Below are positions 19,201-31,479 of a DNA stretch of 64,000 bases, in pieces. Numbering within the stretch: position 1 is the first letter of the stretch; every line of letters starts with the position of its first letter. Both the position numbers and the translations under genes were made by a program. The stretch lies in assembly GCA_030704615.1 (NCBI GenBank), contig CM060733.1, positions 46,314,001 to 46,378,000 on the forward strand, in the 5' to 3' direction. The notes below the pieces were generated by a model that was not told the origin of the DNA, searched no databases, and saw only the letters and a list, made by a program, of their open reading frames with translations. Source of the DNA: Takakia lepidozioides (lineage: Eukaryota; Plantae; Bryophyta).

Positions 19201-20378
19201 TGCTCTGAGCTGTTGCTCTTGAGATCTTGTCTCCTGTTCTTCCCTTGCTTCAACAAAACCTCCAATTTCCTCCTTGTAGAGCCTAGTTGAGCCACCAACC
19301 GTATTCGACAAGCATCCGGGTAATTGCTCTTCAATTCTTCCCCGTACTTCGCCAGACTTAGCTAACCCAATCAACCTGGCAGTTTCATTGACACTACCTG
19401 CATCTCCATCTCCCTCTCCATCCCCACAACTGGATTGCTTGTTCTTAAAGGCCTCCTCCAGCCGAGCAATATGTAGCACTGTGGCCTTCTGACCTCCAGT
19501 TGTCACAATTGAACTAATTGCATCAGCAAAAACTTTGGCATCAGGGATAGGGATTTGCAAAACCGTAGATTCATCCACGAACACTACACCGAGGCCAAAC
19601 ACATTGAGCCCGCGCTCCCCGGAGGCATCCATATTATTCTGTGCCTTGGAACGGATTTCTCTGAGAAACTCCAGGGCGACTCTGTAAAGTTGAAACACGG
19701 TATCAATCCAAAGTAGTTTGACGCTTCACACCAAGCCAGACTCTCTTTGTTACTGTATTGTTTTTTACTGTGAGCAGCCTATCGCACTAACTTGAGCCTC
19801 TGAACGGGGAAAAAGCCTCCGAACAGCATTTGCAATTAGACTTCCACAGGCGCTACGCCCTCCAGAGTACTACAATCAGCAATTCCCAGGGACAGGTCCA
19901 TTTGATTAACGCAACATTGGGCCTGTTTTTCTGCTCTATTCCAAAGTGCATGCAGGGTCAATAGCCACAATAGGGTCGTGAGTGAATATCTTTGAGAGAA
20001 TCCTTAAACAGCACAAGGAATACACTAGATTTCAACCACACTTTTTCACCTTTGTTTTGCAGGACCTGTAAAATGAACTAACCTGGAAGCCTGCCCGCCT
20101 GAAAAGGCAACAAGGACATTGTCGGTGGGTCTGATGAGGGCATGATTATTGACAGCAGTCTTGAACTTAGCCAAGAGGCTGGCATGAAGGCATGAGGCAC
20201 ACATGGGTTCTGTTTGATTAGCCACGACCCTTGCAGGTAATCCGTCCTTGCATTTGCTGCATGGCTGCGTAGACAGTTTCTGCTGATACTTGAGCCTTCC
20301 TTGGCCACAGGAGCTGTCTGATCCACAAGGTCGGCCACAACCCTCATTGCTTTGGCTGTCTACCACAGCATCCTGCAT
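16218..20378 (-). CDS. CTU2: Cytoplasmic tRNA 2-thiolation protein 2
   Basis: Exons 20378-20083, 19681-19126, 18884-18798, 17959-17838, 17414-17321, 16981-16473, 16275-16218. Motifs CSKC...CASC, VLVAFSGGQASRVAL, TGKEDLL, GQGYSLP, VLPLRDC, CLICSAPL, CSSC, RSQIEDFLI. Confidence 0.9.
18102..18389 (+). mobile_element. tRNA-derived SINE in a CTU2 intron
   Basis: A box TGGCCCAGTGG (18105), B box GGTTCAAAGCC (18145), T-rich tail. 12-bp TSD ACTGCAAAGAAA (18090-18101) and ACTGCATAGAAA (18390-18401). Confidence 0.75.
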
Positions 20379-20484
20379 TAAATAGACAGTCTAGAGTTGT
20401 CAGATCCTGCAGCAAATCGAATTGCTTTTCATATCCACTGAGGAGCTGGTTTAGAAGAAAATTAACTGGCAGAGAGAGACAGAG

Positions 20485-21110
20485 AAAGAGGGACCTTCTT
20501 TTCCATGGTTTCCATAACAGGGTTGAGGTAGTTCACAGCTGTGTCAATAATAACGGGACCTTCTTGCGCTCGAGAATTGCCGTTGAAAATACCTTGTTCA
20601 ATTCCGGTTACTGCACCACCCAAATTAACAATTAGGATATGTTCGTCTGGCTCTAATAATTTCGAAGGGTTATTACTTGGAAATGCTCTCTGACATTTGT
20701 TGAAGAATAAAGCCGCAAGTTGCTATCTGTGCAAGAAGATGCGATCCATGTACAGTAAAACAGCCCGCTCCTTCCGAAAGAGTGGGCATCTGCAGCTCAA
20801 AAGCCTCGGAACAGGAGACTCCGTTGTTTGACTGAAATGGGCACTAACAACATTCACTCAGACATATCAACTGCGGCTCAGTAATTCTAAGCAGCTGCGT
20901 GTCTGGTGCTTCCTGCAAGCTTATTCATGGCTTAGGATAAGGCAACAAACATGAGATTACGACAAGGCACCCCCAATTAGAAACCAATTTTCACATTTCT
21001 TTTCGAAAAAAAGAAAAAATTTCTACCATAAGAAATTCACAGGCGAGATCATAAGGCAGGGGAAACATACGCTTCTGGGATCTCTCAACGCAGCGAAGGC
21101 ATCTTGTCTC
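20485..21110 (-). pseudogene. Decayed inverted copy of CDC48 exon 1 / intron 1 / exon 2
   Basis: Reverse complement of 20559-20589 matches CDC48 9188-9218 at 30/31. ATGGAAACCATGGAAAA and AAGGTCCCTCTTT are also shared. The 21030-21090 region resembles the exon 1 donor region at 8137-8210. Confidence 0.75.
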
Positions 21111-21420
21111 ATTCAATCACACCATCAAACTCCACCGATAAACTCAAACTCTACCGCACGCAAAGCTCATCTTCTTTCCACATCACCCAACTCCAAACCC
21201 AACCAGCGATCGAAGAAGACACTCAAATCTGACAGACTCTCAAGACCCATGCTGCACGGCTGTACTGTTCTTGAGCAGGGTTTTAGAAGCAGGGGACAAA
21301 CAGGAACTGAACCCGAACCTTTCCCTAACCTAATCTCCAGGCTCGGCGACGCATCCGTGGGTACCGTGAGGAATGCAATAAAGAGAAACTTTGTTTTGTT
21401 TTTGTTTTGTTTTTTTCCCC

Positions 21421-21547
21421 CACGGATCCTGGGTTCAATCCCTCAACATGTGCCTTCAGACCGTCCATTGGGCCCTCGATGGCCTGTGTGTTGAGCAGTA
21501 GGCTCAGTAAATTCACTGGACGTTAAACAAACTTTATCTTTATCTTT
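21421..21547 (+). mobile_element. 5'-truncated tRNA-derived SINE
   Basis: B box GGTTCAATCCC at about 21432, (CTTTAT)n tail, second copy at 420-490. Confidence 0.65.
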
Positions 21548-21916
21548 AGTTAGGAAAAAGTCACCATATTGCACAATATTTATCATACGTGTAGCCAGGT
21601 GGACATAAGACGTGTCGCCACCTCTGCACTCACCCATAAAACATATTGCCACGTCAGGCCCTTGCCAAAATGGGAAAAAAAGGGCTGATTCTGTTCATAG
21701 TTGGTAGGGGCCTTAATACTGAGGCGGGCTGTTCGCTTTTGCTATTTTACGTCTGCCCTAGGCTTGCCAGTCTGGTTCACGGCGCACTATATAAGTATCT
21801 CGACTGGCCTCGCTCACCTGCACAGACTCATATCTCTGTCATCTCCCTTGAGGCGAAAACTGTTTGTCTCTAGATAGAGCTTTTCCCCACTTAGCTTTAC
21901 AGAATCCGAGTGACAA

Positions 21917-23043
21917 ATGGGCAAGAGTCGGAAAGTTGCACAGAGAGAACCCATCAAAGGTGAAGACGGGGATTTCGGGCGTCTACCCGAAGAGATTGTA
22001 GAGATTATTCTTGCGCATCTCCCGGTGCGCGATCTTCTTACATCCCAAGCACTGTGCACTACGTGGAGTCGCTTCAACCTCGTGAAACCTTCCTTTCTGC
22101 AAATGCGTGTGAAGATGGGCGTGGAATTGACAGATTGGTTCTTTCCCCTTTGTTTTGGTATAGAGCACGGCGCGATTTCTCGTCCGAAGAATAAATTGGG
22201 TTGGGGAATGCATCACGCATCAAAGGAATGGCAAATGATTTTTTCTTCTTTGTCGATCCTTCCGAATGGAGTCAAGAGTACCGTTCTTACTGCAGCTGGG
22301 GGCTAGTATTATGTCGTCAAGGAAGTCACCCGAAAACCGAGCAATTGTATGTTTGTAATCCAGTGACCAGGAGTTGGAAGCAGTTGCCTGATCGATGGGT
22401 CAATGGAAGAGGCCGTGCAACCATGTACGTTGATCACCTGTCTGGGACATACAAAGTTTTTGTCTTTGGCCCGTTGTTCCTCCAAGTTTACAACTCTGCA
22501 ACACAAACGTGGATGCAACTTACATATCCAGCTGATGTCCTGTTGCGCGTCCCGCAGGATTGTGTGGTGTGCTTCTATTTCCTGCAGGAGCTAAGTCACC
22601 GTCGAAGAGACGTAATCACGTTGAACGCATTTCACATCAAAGAAGGACAGTTCCTTACCTTATTTGTAAGATTCTTCAAGAGCTATTGTGAAGAATGTAT
22701 GAGGAAGCCACGGCTTGTGGCGTGCATGGATACTCTCTACCTTATCGGAGTTTCATGGGCGGGCCTGCAGCCTAATTTTACAAAATCGATTGTGAACTTT
22801 CGTATCACCCGGATTCAGCTGCAAGGAGAGGAATATAAAATTTTCCCGGTAACCCAGCTGTCGCATGATGTCGGTAAGACGGATGCCGTTACCCCGAGAA
22901 GCTTTCGAAGACAACTGGCAATGCGCACCTGGGGAGATTATCTCTTGTGGTACAACGTCAGGAATAATATATTGGCGTCTCTGATCCATCTGACTGGCAC
23001 AAGCTCCGCTACCTTCCCAACGCAAATTTTGCACCGAGTTTGA
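21917..23043 (+). CDS. Intronless F-box protein (F-box-associated/kelch-type C-terminus); frameshifted at about 22300
   Basis: F-box FGRLPEEIVEIILAHLPVRDLLTSQALCTTW. AAGG|LVLC...YVCNPVTRSWKQLP joins if one G is added to the G5 run at 22298-22302. Confidence 0.8.
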
Positions 23044-24694
23044 CTGCCACTCCTTGACAGTATATATTGATATGTACAGCTTTCTGATCATGTTCAAGGA
23101 AGATTTGAGTGTAACTTGCTGCCATTTGCAGTTTAGATGTCCGCTAGATCTCAAGAAGTAGGCACTGCGCATGCTGTGAATGTTAGGAGCCTCCCGAGTT
23201 GTCAGAAGTAGGGAAATACAGAACTCAGTCACTGTACACCAGCTCAAACAACAACTGCATAGTTGGAGCTAATTGATCTTTCTTGCATGTGAAGTAAAGC
23301 TTCTCACTACCATATGTTATAGCAGTGCATTGAGGAAGTGTGGGAAAGTTATCTCCAGTGCACCCAAGGATTACCACATCTAATAAGACAATAACCTCCA
23401 AGTGCAGTTGTTTATATGCTAAATGTGTGCACAAAGGATACACAGACCGACCTTGTTAACCCCTTGAGGACGCGCCTGTTTTTGGTGGGCCCCGCCCAAA
23501 ACCAAATTTACCCTCATGGTTCTTCCCCACAAAATTCTATTAGAAACAGCGAGCAGAGAAATTTCAAGAGCCTTATTACTTTCTTTGCTCATCAACCTCA
23601 AGAGAGACAGACTGGAAGATGACCCGGGCAAGACAAACATTTTGAGAGAGAGAGAGATCAACCGCTAATGTAGGAGCGGCCTGATCTATTAAACAGTAAA
23701 TCAAAGCTCGAAATTTTGCCAACATCATGAGACAGACAAAGACATGATGCAAAAAGGTCTCATGATGCAAAAGGGATTGCCCCAAGCTCTAGAAGTTGCA
23801 AGCATCTTGAGTTTGAGCTCCAAGAGTAAGAAAGCTCTAGAAGAATATCCCGCAATTGGTGAACAAGGCTGGTGGAGATAACCTCTTTTCTTCAATATTC
23901 AAAACTGCGCAGGAAACCCATTCCTTGCATAATTGTCGCCCTTTCCTATTTTCTCTTAGAAGAGGAGCTCTTGCTCCTCATCACCACTATTCCACTTGAA
24001 ACCTTCAACTCCTCGGGTCTTTTCATAGTTTCCTACCTCTTCAGATCTGGAAAAGAGATTTTCGTGCATTATCACTATGTTTTCACCCACAAGGCTGGCG
24101 GCCGACATGAGAAATCCCATGGCTTCAATTCATGGCCAAGATGTATGATGTCCATCATGGGTACAGAAAGGACAATTATCTGCTTGCAATCTGCATCCTG
24201 TGTAGATCATGCATCAAGTAACCTTCCCCTTCCCACTTTACTGATGCCTCCCAGACCCTGAGTAGAATCTGTAGATGTAAGAGTGAAACAATCTGGTCAT
24301 GGATGGCCAGTGGCACCTTGTATGATATCTTTCACAAGGTTGAAAGGAAGTGACAAGAAAGACCAAATTAACATTGTGAGAGGCCAAATGCTGTTAGGTG
24401 TCTCTCCATGTCACTTCAATCCTGAAAATGGGAGAAAGAATTACACCTGACCCCATTGCACAAGCCAGCTAGACCCATTCATTCAACCTGTAACCCGCGC
24501 ATTTGTTGTCATTCCTAACAAAAATAAAGCTCTCAACAAAATCAATCAATCAACCACAAAAGGAATATGTTGCCGAGCAAGAATTAAACTCTGAGCCTAG
24601 AAATTGACTCTAGCAATAGAAGACGACTTATTGCCTCTAGCCTGAAGTCAGACAACTCTAAGCCATACAGACATTCAGGTATGTCAGACACGCT

Positions 24695-25123
24695 TTACTT
24701 CTTAACATATTCCACCCCTTTCTCTATTGAACTCTTCAGTTCCTCCTTCAGGGCTTCCAACCCCTTCCGCTCATAATCAGAGAGGGAGCCCAAACCCAGC
24801 ACTTCCTCCACACCTTGGGGACCCAATTGCACCTGCCATTCACAGAGCAATAACCATTACAAAGAGCTACAAACTGCAACGTTGCTGCTACAATGTATAT
24901 CAGGACCAAATTGATTGCTCTTTTCCTTCCTTCCTTTTAGTGCCCACCTAAATTTTCTTCCGTCACTGCTTTACAAGAACTAACATTGACTGCTAAACCA
25001 ACTAAACAGTACCTTAGATGAGAAAAAGGGCAACTCAGTTATGTTGGATGCCACATAGCTGCACTCCACTACACCTTTCACACCAGTAAGACCCTTGAGA
25101 CATGCCTCTGCAAAAAGTGCCCC
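24695..25123 (-). pseudogene. Malate dehydrogenase (mitochondrial-type) 3' fragment, last two exons
   Basis: [37 protein letters not shown] | intron 25012-24833 | [45 protein letters not shown]. No upstream MDH exons were seen. Confidence 0.8.
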
Positions 25124-26848
25124 TGACCCATGATACGATGAAGTATAAATTAAACACGGGTTACCACCAGTCTCAACCACAATAACTCAAGAACTTTAAG
25201 TCCCCTGACCTCTTCATAATATCAGCATACACAGGAATAAAATTTTCAGACACAATTGAACGATGCTAAAGCAAACAAATTTAAAAACCACAGTAAGAAC
25301 ACAACAAACACTTTACAAGGTTAAAAGTTTCTAGTTACTTGGTCATATAGTACAAAGCCCAGATGTATGCACAAGGTAGCACTTCAAAATCCAAGGTAGC
25401 ACTTCGGGCACCACTGCCCAGTTTCATAGAGCAAACTGTCACCACTGATAGAAATGAAAAAATATAGTCTCAGGCACCATAGCCTAATTTCAGACAACGA
25501 AGCGGCACTACTGTCATAAGATAGAAGACGAAGGAGGCGGGCACCATCATGCCCACTTAAATCACAGTGGGCACTTGCCAAACGAGTCCAAAATGCATCC
25601 TAGCCACCATGGCATGAAAAGTGGAACAAATCCGAATGTCCTATGCGAACCAAGGGAATCTCACTATACTTGCGGAAATGATGGAAACAAATGGAGGGGT
25701 CACAGCAGCAAATAAGAGTTCTCAACACAACTACGAGACACCAATGTCTAATTCTACAAAGAGACTCCATAACGCCCACGTGGCACAACTCCGCTCCACT
25801 TGTCAAAACAGGCATCATAGGGAAAATCCTCAAGATCAGTGGTACAAGATCATGAACTTGCAATTTCTGAGGAGCATCCTTTTGGCAGCAGCAAATCCAG
25901 TTAGACTCAAACAATGGAAATATATTGTCACTTATGTTTACTCATCCTCTTCGTTTGGGCTCAAAGGTCCGAATTCATCATCATAAACCAACAGCAAGGC
26001 CTCTGTGAGCCAGTGTAATATAACAACATGCAATCACCAAGCATGCCCAACGAATGCAGAGGGAGACTCCAAGAGGGAGGGAGGGATATGTTAAAATGGC
26101 GAGTCAGTGCTGTGTGAAGCACGGGTCATTAGAGCTGATGGCCACTCCAGCAGCTATCAGTGCCATTGTAAGCAGTTCTGAAAGACTGCACTATTGTCCC
26201 AAAACTCTCTGGTAATACCCCCTGAGGCCCTTTGTAAGAGGATCGGGATGCTTGTTATGGCCATGCCTTTGTGATGGCATATTTTCAAGGACTTGCCTGA
26301 ATCTTGTTTGATCCATAAACGCGCAGATTATTTTATGCCAGTGGGTGGATGACATGAATGATATTGACAGGACAAACAACTGGTGAAGGAATGTGCAGCC
26401 CTGTAGATCACTGCCAAGAACGCTGTCATCTGAGCTTGCAAGGCATAACAACACAAAGGTCCGTCTTTCTTGAACTTCCTCCTTCACATTTACAAATCCT
26501 GCCAGAAAAATTGGAGCTGGTTCACAGTGCAGTTGCATGAGCTACAGAAGTAAAGCAAAGCCACATTGCCATTGAATGAAAGAAGACAAACCTCATCACT
26601 GTTCTTTCTTTGCTTAACCACTTTTGGTTCTACCATCCTCCAATATTATTGGAATATCTGGACCGACTGAGAGACATAATCAGAGACCAACTTGTATGAA
26701 CAGGCAAATTTCAGATCCTTAACCATGATGAAAGGATGAACCAGTGGCCCAAGATTTTTTACATCAATTGTAATTTGTGGCTAAAGAGATCTGGTCTAGT
26801 AAGTTATGTACAATGCAAACTGTTGCGATGGGCTACCAAATAAGTTTC

Positions 26849-29800
26849 TCAGGATCGCTGCAAAAGTTTACTGATTGCAGCACTAATACGATCATCAGGG
26901 ATCTGGCGATAGTTATCGTAGAAGTCCAAGATCTCCATGGCTATATTCTTTATCTGCACATCAAGGCCCAAGTACCTCCATTTACAGCAACTCAACATAC
27001 ACAGCCCACACGGCTCTACACTCTTCATTATGGATAGCCCCACAAACCACCAGCTAAGATGCACGACTTTCAACGATTTCCAATTTTAAATTTGAGTAAT
27101 ACGCCTACTTCACATTTAAAAGACAAACTTGTAATACACATTCCAAAAATGAGCTTAATTCAAGATATAGCATTCGGGAGCTCCAAGTGAGACACCCATT
27201 GCCAGTAATCTGCAAGCAGGAAGAGAGACAGGTAGCATTCATGTCACGGCATTGACCTCAATCAACTGGTCACAATCTAATGACATTTCCACAAGGCTAC
27301 GGCAAACGTTTTATGAGTACATTCTATCGGCTGTTCATATGCTTGACATGGATAAAAGGCATATGAACTTAGGACAAAACACATAGAAAGTTTAATTATC
27401 GTACACCAACCACTGCTGACGAACCAAAATAAAATGTGGAAGTGCATACCACATTCATATCAACACGGAGTTCCTCAAACCAGCTTCGCGTCTCCTTTTC
27501 TTTAAGCACGCTTGCAATGTAGATACACGCGAGTGCAATCATGAAGGGTGGGTACATCAATATTAAGTCTGTTCTGTATGAGTCGTTCACTAGTGACCTG
27601 CCTCCCAACCCAACCAGCTAGTAAGGTGTCACTCACCAACAAAACTGAGTAAGCCTTTTACAGTGTAATAAAGTTTAGCACATTTTGACATTCAAGATAC
27701 AACCAGGATTCTACCTGTACAACCTTGAGTACTAATGAAAATGGCAGTTTTCGTCAAACTTATTGAAACATGATGAACAAACTGCATAAAAGTTGCATTA
27801 CTGCACAGAGCTACAGTTGCCCTCCTTCAAAGAACGAGGGACTCCGATGGTCATCCACCTAGCTTAAACAGAAAGCCTATCATCACAGGTGAAAGTCAAT
27901 GGCAACGTCATTAAGGGATGTAGAGGGTCACCAGGTGAAAGAAGTTATATCTGTCAAACCTGCGTCTTGCAACAGTCTGTGGCAAAAAACACCAATGGAA
28001 CACATCAGAACAGTTTGGAGCTACAACTGTATTCAAGGCTACCACTCTGGAATTAAGCAGGTCAGACGGGTTTTTTCCATTTCCAGTACGTAAGAAAACC
28101 TTTTTTATGTTCCAAGGACTGCTGTTTCCTAATAAATGCACCCAGCAATTCAAATTTAATGCCATCTGGCAGCCATCATGATCGTCACCAGAATTTACTT
28201 GAACAGCTCCTACCAAATACAACCATAGAATCATTAAAGATCTTTGCTCCAAACTTTCTCTAAACACTCACTGGATGAGAGGGCGGTAGGGGTGATAGAT
28301 GACAAGGTAGTAGTCCAATGCTTCCAGCAGTCGCATCTCCATCTCCAGAACATCCTTAATCTCGTACCGATGTGCTCTATCGTCTGCTGCTGTCCCATGT
28401 TGGAAACTCATCAGCACAGGGGACTCGGGAAATACTTGTAAGTAACAAGCTTCAATTATCACATGGGAAAACAAACAGCAAAGGATACAGAATCTGAACC
28501 AAAACTGCTAGCTTGGGCAGGCTGCCCTAGATAATGAATCCTGGCATTTTCCTCAGCAAAGACTTACAATAGCGATCGTGCCAGATTTGAACACATTATT
28601 TCTGTGCTTAGACCACAAGGCACACATACTAGAAGCATTACAGCACATGCTAGTCAGTACTATGAACATGAAATTAAAAGCCAAAAACTACTCACACAAA
28701 AAGAGGCAATGAAATGTTGAACGGATCTTCTTCATGTAGAAAACTAGGAGCTTGGCCTGCACAGTGCTCTCTTCAGCCTTGGAGGCCAAGTATAAGCAAG
28801 CAGGAGCCACCAAGCGAGGGTCGTACTCTGAGAAACTCTTTCTGCAGTGCCCCCAGCAGCACAACTAAGAAAATTTCCACGTCTTGGGCAATGCGATAGA
28901 GTACAAGAAATAACCAGGACCGGTATAAATAGGCGGATGAAGTCACATGCCTGGTGTAGACCCGCCTGAAGTAGGCAATCGCTGTTCCAACCACCCTGCA
29001 ATGTGGACACTCAACCATCATTAATTGGCCTCGCAACTTGCTTATCAGAGTCTGAAAACTGCCCTACAGACATATGGTCAAGGTATTTCGTTCAGTTGAA
29101 GTCTATCTCCTACAAAAGAAAATACATCAATCTAAGTGAAGAGTAATCACCATGCATGTCAGAAGTTATCATACCATACCCAAATGGTCAAGAGGATTAT
29201 ATGTTTCAATTTACACCAACTACATTGCTATAAACTTGCATCACCATCACCAACACCTTGCTCGCACTGCATATCGTGGGCTGAAGGTTCAACCATTTGT
29301 ATAACTACTGAGCATCACACAGATTGTAGTGTAGCCTAGTCCCAAATATAATTTGCAAAAACTGATTTGTACTATCTGGAATGCTATGTCAATACCCGCC
29401 AGAGACGTATGCTGCTGTTTCAGACATAGCAGGAAAACTGTGGCATATGTGTGTAACACTCTCAAATCCTCGAAGAGTGCTTGTTGCTAGCACAATCAAT
29501 AGTTGGTCAGGTAGCTATTAGTAGGAGGTATGATTGTTTCAGATCAAACCCATCATCTCACATGGACCTCTAGTGAGCACTCCCATTCAGACGCCCAGAA
29601 CAAAGCTTAATCAGTGGACAGCCCCGCGTCTAATGTTGAACACCTGGGCAATCTAAACTGAACCTCTGCCTGCAATCACTTGGCATTTCTTACAAAGACA
29701 CAGATCTTACCTTTGCCTCACTTTGGCATGCGTACCCAGTGCCCTGATGTCTGCAACCCATATTAAGCCGGAAACATATCATATATCAGTTGGGAGATGG

Positions 29801-30799
29801 GGAGACATGTGGATAGTTCAAACCTGCTAGACTGTAATTGTCTGCTACTCTGGCTTCAGAGTTTCAAGTTCAGTTGGTTCAGCAACTTCAAAGAAACACT
29901 GTGTGATCCCTGCAGCCAGTGATTAATCTCAATGGTAGAAGTTGCAGCAACATTTGCCTTGGAGACCTGTGCTAGCAATTGCTGATAACATATTATGACT
30001 TAGGCTGATTTAACACTGCTGATTCAAGAAGCAAATCAGTGGTTTTACGTGGGCCCAAAAGTGGAGTTTTGTTCAGAATGTCACTTGTTTGAACCAGCTC
30101 TGGATTTCCACAGCAGCATATCTTGGAGGGTTAGAACAATCCTTCAAGGTACTTCAATTAAACTGGAGAAAAGAAGGGTGTGGTCCAGTCTCTTGCACAC
30201 AAACGACATTGATCCCCAAAACCCTGTACCAACACTTACATGAAGATAGATAGATCTTGAGAAGCTTCACATCTTCAGGCGTTAAACCACGTTCCTGATC
30301 AGGCGGTAAAACATGGCTGACCTCCTCTTGGTCCAGCAGCTTCTTGCTGGATTCCCACTTGACGAACAGATTTAGGGGTCAAGTTACTTCCCATCTCAAG
30401 CAAGTTCAAACTGGCTAGCAAGAAACTCTAGCTGTATCAAGAAAAATAGATGCAAACATCCTAGTTAATACTAGTGCACCATTATCCTTGATATATACAT
30501 CTGGTAGGGTGAACACTTGGACACGGCGTTGCACCTCTGTACACAAGAAAAAGTGGAGGCTCAATGACGATAGGAATCTACTTCAAGAAACACCAGAGTC
30601 ATAGCCATAGCCTGATGGGTGACAGAGACAAGAAGCCCGTGAATGCAACTTGAGTTCTCTCTCCCATCATTGTTCAGGGAAAAATTGTTGAGAACAACAG
30701 GACCTTAGCTGTCATGATCAGCGAGAAGCACGATCAACATAAAACAAGGTTAAAGTAGCAGAATTACCAGTGAGAAGAGGCCCAGAAGTTGGCCGCCAT
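26849..30799 (-). CDS. CYCC: Cyclin C (Mediator kinase module)
   Basis: Exons 30799-30768, 30346-30240, 29750-29711, 28995-28951, 28841-28723, 28389-28272, 27976-27932, 27597-27450, 26953-26849. Motifs MAANFWASSHC, VRQRVVGTAIAYFRRVY, CLYLASKAEES, LLEALDYYLVIYHPYRPL. Confidence 0.93.
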
Positions 30800-31479
30800 C
30801 CTAGTCCCCACTCTTGCATGTACTGAACATCCAAGAAACAATGAGTATTACAACAAATCATTCGAAACGAGGAAAAGTGCAAAAACAAGGAGCAGATCGA
30901 AGTATAACTAGGAATAACTTCCACTCCGCCCGCCCCTACTCATTCTTCTGAATGGTTTCTCCCTCCACACTACACAGCACTCTTTCCCGCATACGGTTTC
31001 ACATCCATCAACTACAGATTACTCAGCTCAATGGCCAAACAGTTCACGATCCTTCAGTGAGCACCTTCCTCCGTATCTCACCCGACTAGTGACAAAGCTC
31101 CTCCATTCAGCCGAGCGACATCGGACTGACCAGAAATTGATGAACAGGACGACAATTCCTCCCAGGAATCGAACAAGACTGTCGTGAAATCAACCACTGC
31201 ACAGATCGCCAGCTCTGCAGGCTCGCATTTCCGAGCACTCCACACGATCTCTTCTCTTGTATGCAGAGCAAAGCTTCCAGAGTTCGTGGCGAAACCAGCA
31301 TTCTTCGATTTTAGGTTTCGCCAAAAATGCAGTAATCGTCGTCCTCATATGCTTAACCTAGTTTAGCCAACTTTCTTATATTTTGGACGTGCTATAGCCT
31401 CGCGTGTCTGTTTTAGGGTTTAGAGGACACGCTCTTCTTATGTGAGTATTCTTTACAATTAAAAATAAAATTCCTGCAT

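Noticed and set aside
23872-24261. 129-aa ORF
   Set aside because: Non-ATG start and no recognisable homology.
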